DNA from: Microcystaceae cyanobacterium
GTDB taxonomy: Bacteria > Cyanobacteriota > Cyanobacteriia > Cyanobacteriales > Microcystaceae
NCBI GenBank assembly: GCA_041746575.1
Contig: JBGTGT010000098.1
Location: 64,001 to 128,000 of the forward strand
Direction: 5' to 3'
Length of the DNA: 64,000 nucleotides
The first letter of the stretch is position 1. Every line of letters starts with the position of its first letter. The translations under genes were made by a program, and so were the position numbers. Shown here piece after piece: positions 58,277-64,000 of the stretch. The notes under the pieces were generated by a model. It was not told the DNA's origin. It did not search any database and saw only the letters and a list, made by a program, of their open reading frames with translations.

Positions 58277-59767
58277 CTATTTATTTAGGTTCGATTTTTG
58301 CCAAATTCCTATTAAACTAAAAATCCCAATTATCAATAAGCCAAACGTCATAGAAGGTTCAGGAATTTTATAATCTTCAACTTCACCATGGGAAAGACAA
58401 TCGGCTGAAGGGATAGGGCAATCTGGGGATGAAAAGAATTCGCCTTGTGGGGTTATATCTAAGCTAAGGGGATCCCAAGTCAAACGAAAACGGTTATAGT
58501 ATTTTCTGACGTCTCTTGAAATAGGATAACGCTTTTTGAATAACCCCGGTGCCAGAAAAGTAATTGAAGGGTCATCAGGAATGGTACTCGGATTAAGCGT
58601 GAGTAAATCGTCAATCAACAACTCTTCAGGATGATCAAACATTTTATTTTCATTAAAATCTGTCCACGCACGCAGTTGATAAGGATGATCCCCTAACCGA
58701 GAAATATTAAAAATAACATCAATCCAATGCTTACCAAAAATAACACCATCTTCATCGTCTAATGGGCGGGAAAAAACAAAAGGAGAAGGAATTAAATCAT
58801 CTCCATTTGCGGGAATTGTTGGTCGACCATTATGTTCTCCATCTTTAAACGTTCCTAACCGTTGAAACTCTCCTTCATAATAACGAGGTCCATTATTTTG
58901 TAATAGAGTGTCGTAAAAAAAATTGAGGTTAATAGGGCGATCAGGTGCATCGCCAAAATCCCTTTCCCAAACGGCTAATCCACTGGTAGCATCGCCAAAA
59001 TCATCTACATCAACGATGCCAAAACTTAGGTCATAAATTCCGTCTTCTGTAATGTTAAGATTATAAATTCCTGAACTTTCTCGCACAAAAGGCATTTCAA
59101 TCACTGGCGTAAATCCATCAATATTTCGTTCTCGAACACCTCCTGCTGTATTTGAATTAATAAATAGATTTAGGTCTTCGCTTTCATTAACACTGGTTAA
59201 TCGGATGAAGTCATAAATTTCTTCTGTATCTTCTTCTTCGTCGATAATTTTTTTCACCAGTAGAAAAGCGTAGTCACTTGCATCGATAAAATCAAGCGTA
59301 TCAGGATTTAAAATATCACGTCGTTCATCATTAGAATAAAATGTCCAGCCAAAATTATAGGTAAAACCTTGAGGAAAGAAAAATCGCTTTCTAGCCGCAG
59401 AGCCTTCAAACGCTTCTACAAAATTGTCAATATCTGGACTTAGAAAACCATCTGGAATTTTGAGTGCTGTTTCTAGGCTGAAAGCATCAATAGCCGGTTC
59501 TTCACCTGATAAATTATAAATATTACCGATTTCGTTACCTAAATTACTATCCTCTTCTGCTTGTGCATTGGTTGATAAGAAAAGACTATTCCCTTCTGGG
59601 GTTAAGAATGAGTCGCCGAAGAAATCAATATCTGAGGAAAGTGCAGGACGTTGATTTAATCTGATTTCTATACTAAGTCCTCCTAGTAAGATTATTAGCA
59701 ATGTTATGAATTTTGACAAGTTATTAGACTTTTTAAGATGCAACATAGTTAATTCTGGTGTTTTCAT
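58277..59767 (-). CDS. PEP-CTERM protein with GEVED domain
   Basis: DFGDAP, DDEDGV, AWTDFN, RFRL, GEVEDY directly before IPEPS, TM helix and tail. Confidence 0.88.
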   Translation of the reverse strand: MKTPELTMLHLKKSNNLSKFITLLIILLGGLSIEIRLNQRPALSSDIDFFGDSFLTPEGNSLFLSTNAQAEEDSNLGNEIGNIYNLSGEEPAIDAFSLETALKIPDGFLSPDIDNFVEAFEGSAARKRFFFPQGFTYNFGWTFYSNDERRDILNPDTLDFIDASDYAFLLVKKIIDEEEDTEEIYDFIRLTSVNESEDLNLFINSNTAGGVRERNIDGFTPVIEMPFVRESSGIYNLNITEDGIYDLSFGIVDVDDFGDATSGLAVWERDFGDAPDRPINLNFFYDTLLQNNGPRYYEGEFQRLGTFKDGEHNGRPTIPANGDDLIPSPFVFSRPLDDEDGVIFGKHWIDVIFNISRLGDHPYQLRAWTDFNENKMFDHPEELLIDDLLTLNPSTIPDDPSITFLAPGLFKKRYPISRDVRKYYNRFRLTWDPLSLDITPQGEFFSSPDCPIPSADCLSHGEVEDYKIPEPSMTFGLLIIGIFSLIGIWQKSNLNK

Positions 59768-59906
59768 AATACGTTGTAGGCTGATGGATGTTAGAATGAT
59801 AATCTCAAGAGTCTGATTTGGTTAATAATTTTCCCAGAAGTTTGATGGTTTCAAGCTCTCATCAGAAAACTTTGTACGACTTGACTTGGCGCAAATCTGT
59901 ACCAGC

Positions 59907-62900
59907 TCAAATAATAAAGTTCTCAGCCTGATCTAAGGCATTAATAGTATGATTTTCGAAGTAGATAAAAGGTCTGGCTCTGCGAATTCCCAGTTCGCCA
60001 TCTTCGTCGTATAGAGCAATCGTTGTATCACCTCGTTGTCCCCAACTCAAATAGCCTTGGTCGATGACATCTTGGTAACCTTTAAATGCTAGATCAAGAT
60101 TCTCGAAGAATTCTGTTAAGACAATGTGATCAATTCCGACTTCAAAATCTGTAATAATGTCATCTCTATCTCGAAGCTCAAGGTAAACAAATTGATCTAA
60201 TCCTGCACCACCCGTTAGTATATCTCTGGCATCAGAGCCGATTAAAATATCGTTCCCCTCACCCCCAACTAAAACGTCTCGTCCATAACCTCCAATAAGC
60301 GTATCATGGCCTTCTGCACCTTCAAGGGTATCGTAACCTAACCCTCCATCCATCCAATCATTACCTGCTTCACCATAAAGCAAGTCGTTAAGATTATCGC
60401 CGAATAGGAAATCATCATCATTCCCTCCGTGAAGCGTGTCATTATCAAAGCCACCAGAAAGACTATCTATGCCGTCTCCACCTGATAAATAATCATTACC
60501 ATCGCCTCCACTGAGAGTATCGTCTCCTAAACCACTGATAAGCGTATCATTGCCATTTTCTCCCCTTAAAACATCATTGCCGTCGTCTGAGGTGAGAAAG
60601 TCATCCCCATCTCCTCCACTGAGAGTATCGTCTCCTAAACCACTAATAAGCGTATCATCGCCATTTTCTCCCGTTAAAACATCATTTCCGTCGTCTGAGG
60701 TGAGAGAGTCATCCCCATCTCCTCCCCTTAAAAAATCATCGCCTAAACCACCTATAAGGGTGTCGTTACCGGCTTCTCCTTCTAAAGTATCGTCTCCTCC
60801 ATTTCCTTGTAGAAAATCATTGCCTTCTCTGCCTAACAAAAAACGACTTTGATCGTCATCAATGAAAGTATCATTAAATTGCGTTCCTTCTAATCCTTCG
60901 ACTGATGTAGGAATAATATCACCAATTGCATCCCCTGTTGCTTCTCCTGTGACTAAATTGAGGAGAACACCAGTAGGAGAATTCCGATAACTAACGGTAT
61001 CAATTCCTTTACCACCGTCATAATCATCGCCTCCTGCACTACCCATCAAGAAATCGTCACCGTTATCACCCGAAAGAGTATCATTATTGTTTCCTCCGAC
61101 TAACGTATCATTGCCATTTCCCCCGGCTAAATCGACGGGGACTAAAACGTCTCTATCGACTAGGGTGATATTATCATCTCCTTCACCAGCGTCTCCAATA
61201 ATTTTTTTAAGGCTTTTATAATCTTGAACGACACCAAAAGAAGAAACTAAAATCGTTTCATTGGTAGCCGTAAAAGCTTCGTGCTGAATGACATAGACTT
61301 CGGCAACATCTCCTCTATTATCATTGCGGAAATGAGCATTTGCTCCAATATTTAGCCGTAAAATACCATCGTTAGCAAAGTTTTTAAATCCTAGATTGGT
61401 TGCCAAGAAAGGTGACTGACTATCTTTTTGATTTTCACCTCTAAAGTCAACTGTAAAATTGAGTAATTCTTCTTCGAGGATTCTGTCTTCAATAACGACA
61501 AATTGTTTTCTTGCTATTGCATATCCAATTGAAGCATCTAGGATGAAATTAATCCCTCCTTGAAGATCGAACAGAGAAAGGGGATTCGCTGTAAATCCAT
61601 CAATCAACTCATCTTTTCTGACTTTTCCTTTACTATTAGGAAGTGTATTAGGATCGATCAAGTCTAAACCTATACTGCCTTCAACACCACCAGCAAGTTC
61701 AGCATAAAAACTCAAAATATTGGCAGGAAAACCAATTCCACCTCTAGCAAACACTTCCAGTCCAAAAATTGCTTCGATAAGGGGATTTTCTCCTTCATCT
61801 TTGATATAAAAACCATTGAAAATATCGTCTATATCCTCGGTGTCTAAAAACTGAGTGAGTCCATAAGTGTCATAGCCAAACTCAATGTCACTCGTCGCTT
61901 TAAAAGTCCCTCTCATCCCCGCTTCAGCGAAAACAGGGCCAGACGAAGCAACAAAAAATAAGACTTCTCCTATATCTTTGTTGATCTGTAACTTTGGTAA
62001 TTTATAGTTAAATAGTTCAACATTTTTACCTAGTAATAAGCCAAAAGCTGTTTGTGGATTTTCGATAATTGGAAATTGTATTCCCAGTTTTTGAGAGGTA
62101 TTTAGACTCTTTTTCTCATCAGTTCCATTAGGCAGTTGTTGCTCAAGAGAAGCAGATGTTTTAGTAATAAAAGGAGTAACAAGGCTTAAATTAAAATTAG
62201 AACTTCGGGGATCATTTCCAGTTAAGTTAAAACTACCTAAATTAATGACTAAATCGCTATCAAGAGGAATACTATTAACAAAATTGACAAAATTTAATAT
62301 TTGTTCGAGGGGAGTAATATCAATACCCAGTAAATCCTTAAGTATGAATTCTCCGATCAAAGAATCACTCGCTTCAATGGTTCGCGTTAAAAACTTAGCA
62401 ATCGGTTCAATCGGTTTAGTAATTTCTTGAATATTTTTAAAAATGGGATCGGCAAAATTGTTAAAAAATGTTCCTAAATCAAGTTGGATCTCATCAAAGC
62501 TAATAGAAGGAATATTCCCATTTTCGCTTTCTCCATCAAATTGCCAATCTAAGGTAAAATCTGACATGATAGAAGGCAAAACTTTTGAATCACCAAAGCT
62601 AGTCGTAAGTCCTAAACTTAAATCAACATCGGCATTAAAATCGGGAGTAAAATTGGGGGTTTCATTTAGTCTTAATTGATGATCGCCATCTTCTACATCA
62701 ATCGATAAACTAATTTGAACTTCTGGTGCAGGATTTTTGTCTTCTATATCAAGTTGTAAAAAGCCTAATTTACCCCCTCCTTGTAAATCAACCCCTGCAT
62801 TCAAGCGAAGATTCAACTCTGGATCATTAAAATAATTTGTATCAAAGTAAAATTGAGGTGAATCAGTATTTGTTTGATCAATCCCAAATGCTAAATTAAG

Positions 62901-64000
62901 CTCATATCCTACCCCAACAGTTGCATTTTGAGCCTCAACGCTAAATCCAAGATTCGGTAAACCTAACTCTGTGTCAAAACTTGTAGAAGCATTAAAATTA
63001 CCTTCGAGTTTAGCAGCGATAAAATAACCATCACTATTCAGTGTCAATTCAATATCTTGTTGATTGATATCTCCATCGTTATTAGTATCTAGTAAAGTAA
63101 AATAGCCATCATTACTTTCTGTTAACAACTCAAATAAAGCTTGCTGAATAGCTGAAGTAGTTGAACTAGAAAGATTGATTAATTTATTATTAATGCCATT
63201 TTTGAGGTCTGTAATAAATTGAATAACATCATCACTAAAATCGCCCAGTAGAGGAATTTTATCGCTTAGTTTTTCATTAACTATACCTCTTAATTGTTCC
63301 AATATATAATCTAATCCTAGGCTGAGTAACTCTTTGGTATTGAAACTGCTAGCAAACTCTGTTAGGTTATTAAAGTTTTGACCTTTGTAATTTATATTAG
63401 TTGTACTAGGTTGATTTAGATTAATCTGACTTAAAGCGGTGTTAGGAAATACATAGCCTAAATCTACATCGAAATCATTACTACCATTAATTATCCCTTG
63501 TAGATTTAACGCCGCACTGCCTGATAAAGTGCCATTTACTGTTAGCGATTCTCCGACTCGCCATTTGTTATCATTACCGTCACTAATATCAAGGGTAAAT
63601 AAACTATCTAAATTACTACCATTATCAGTAATCCCGATGTTAATAATCTCAAAGAGTTGAGCATTAGCACTTAAACCCTGTAAATTGGCATTTAATCCTA
63701 AAATCAATTCAGAATTTGAAGAAGTATCGAGATAGAATTGAGGAGTTTGATTAGCATCTAAATCTATGCCAAATCCCCAATCAAAAGCATAATTTAAAGT
63801 AACATTAGCGTCTCCATTAATATTTAATCCTAAACTGGATGTTCCTAATGAACTCCCCAAAGGAAGAATAAAGGTTTCATTACCATCTAAATTTATATCT
63901 AAAATATATCCATCTTGGGTTAACAAGATATCGTTAATGTTAGTAAAATCAAGAATTTGAGCTTGTAAATTATCAATGAAATCTAAAACAATATCATCTA
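59907..64000 (-). CDS. Large secreted RTX/hemolysin-type calcium-binding protein (5' end beyond the window)
   Basis: Many GGxGxDxL nonapeptides; C-terminal DIITDF..G.D.I.L type-I secretion tail; frame is open to the window edge. Confidence 0.9.
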   Translation of the reverse strand, partial: DDIVLDFIDNLQAQILDFTNINDILLTQDGYILDINLDGNETFILPLGSSLGTSSLGLNINGDANVTLNYAFDWGFGIDLDANQTPQFYLDTSSNSELILGLNANLQGLSANAQLFEIINIGITDNGSNLDSLFTLDISDGNDNKWRVGESLTVNGTLSGSAALNLQGIINGSNDFDVDLGYVFPNTALSQINLNQPSTTNINYKGQNFNNLTEFASSFNTKELLSLGLDYILEQLRGIVNEKLSDKIPLLGDFSDDVIQFITDLKNGINNKLINLSSSTTSAIQQALFELLTESNDGYFTLLDTNNDGDINQQDIELTLNSDGYFIAAKLEGNFNASTSFDTELGLPNLGFSVEAQNATVGVGYELNLAFGIDQTNTDSPQFYFDTNYFNDPELNLRLNAGVDLQGGGKLGFLQLDIEDKNPAPEVQISLSIDVEDGDHQLRLNETPNFTPDFNADVDLSLGLTTSFGDSKVLPSIMSDFTLDWQFDGESENGNIPSISFDEIQLDLGTFFNNFADPIFKNIQEITKPIEPIAKFLTRTIEASDSLIGEFILKDLLGIDITPLEQILNFVNFVNSIPLDSDLVINLGSFNLTGNDPRSSNFNLSLVTPFITKTSASLEQQLPNGTDEKKSLNTSQKLGIQFPIIENPQTAFGLLLGKNVELFNYKLPKLQINKDIGEVLFFVASSGPVFAEAGMRGTFKATSDIEFGYDTYGLTQFLDTEDIDDIFNGFYIKDEGENPLIEAIFGLEVFARGGIGFPANILSFYAELAGGVEGSIGLDLIDPNTLPNSKGKVRKDELIDGFTANPLSLFDLQGGINFILDASIGYAIARKQFVVIEDRILEEELLNFTVDFRGENQKDSQSPFLATNLGFKNFANDGILRLNIGANAHFRNDNRGDVAEVYVIQHEAFTATNETILVSSFGVVQDYKSLKKIIGDAGEGDDNITLVDRDVLVPVDLAGGNGNDTLVGGNNNDTLSGDNGDDFLMGSAGGDDYDGGKGIDTVSYRNSPTGVLLNLVTGEATGDAIGDIIPTSVEGLEGTQFNDTFIDDDQSRFLLGREGNDFLQGNGGDDTLEGEAGNDTLIGGLGDDFLRGGDGDDSLTSDDGNDVLTGENGDDTLISGLGDDTLSGGDGDDFLTSDDGNDVLRGENGNDTLISGLGDDTLSGGDGNDYLSGGDGIDSLSGGFDNDTLHGGNDDDFLFGDNLNDLLYGEAGNDWMDGGLGYDTLEGAEGHDTLIGGYGRDVLVGGEGNDILIGSDARDILTGGAGLDQFVYLELRDRDDIITDFEVGIDHIVLTEFFENLDLAFKGYQDVIDQGYLSWGQRGDTTIALYDEDGELGIRRARPFIYFENHTINALDQAENFII
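60505..60725. repeat. 108-bp near-identical tandem duplication within the RTX repeats
   Basis: cctccactgagagtatcgtctcctaaaccact begins at both 60505 and 60613; one unit is four nonapeptides. Confidence 0.85.

Noticed and set aside
60550..60852. Ser/Pro-rich repetitive plus-strand ORF
   Set aside because: Antisense reflection of the GGxGxD repeats
1..64000. tRNA, rRNA, intact transposase or phage genes
   Set aside because: None recognised by eye; a tRNAscan/Infernal run would be needed to fully exclude small RNAs

Overview
Chromosomal DNA of a cyanobacterium. Evidence: roughly 30 HIP1 GCGATCGC octamers counted by eye, plus curT, ccaA, labA, bciB, COP23, DUF29 and PEP-CTERM genes. The gene content suggests a unicellular Chroococcales-like organism (inference). 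Most of the window is housekeeping: ctaA, ureAB, mnmE, cobA/cbiX, rplI, pckA, rpsF, guaB-like, rnb, thrC, rsgA, nagA, rpiA. The standout is an ~8 kb minus-strand cluster at 33.0-41.1 kb that looks like a hybrid RiPP locus. It runs: lasso-peptide B2-type cysteine protease, small PEP-CTERM protein, precursor with two tandem NHLP leader domains and no canonical GG motif, CCG-type (ProcM-like) LanM, peptidase-less ABC exporter, lasso-cluster-type nucleotidyltransferase. No lasso cyclase, RRE or lasso precursor is visible. An AT-rich block covering the precursor core and most of LanM looks swapped in between host-like ends. Other points of note: a DIP1984-family gene apparently starting at ATT, a TetR/Coq4-like pair beside a UbiH-like gene, a ProA paralogue lacking the catalytic Cys, a MITE, REP-like repeats, a decayed ABC substrate-binding gene, and a large RTX protein running off the right edge. 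No rRNA, tRNA or CRISPR array was seen. All family calls come from motif recognition, not database searches.
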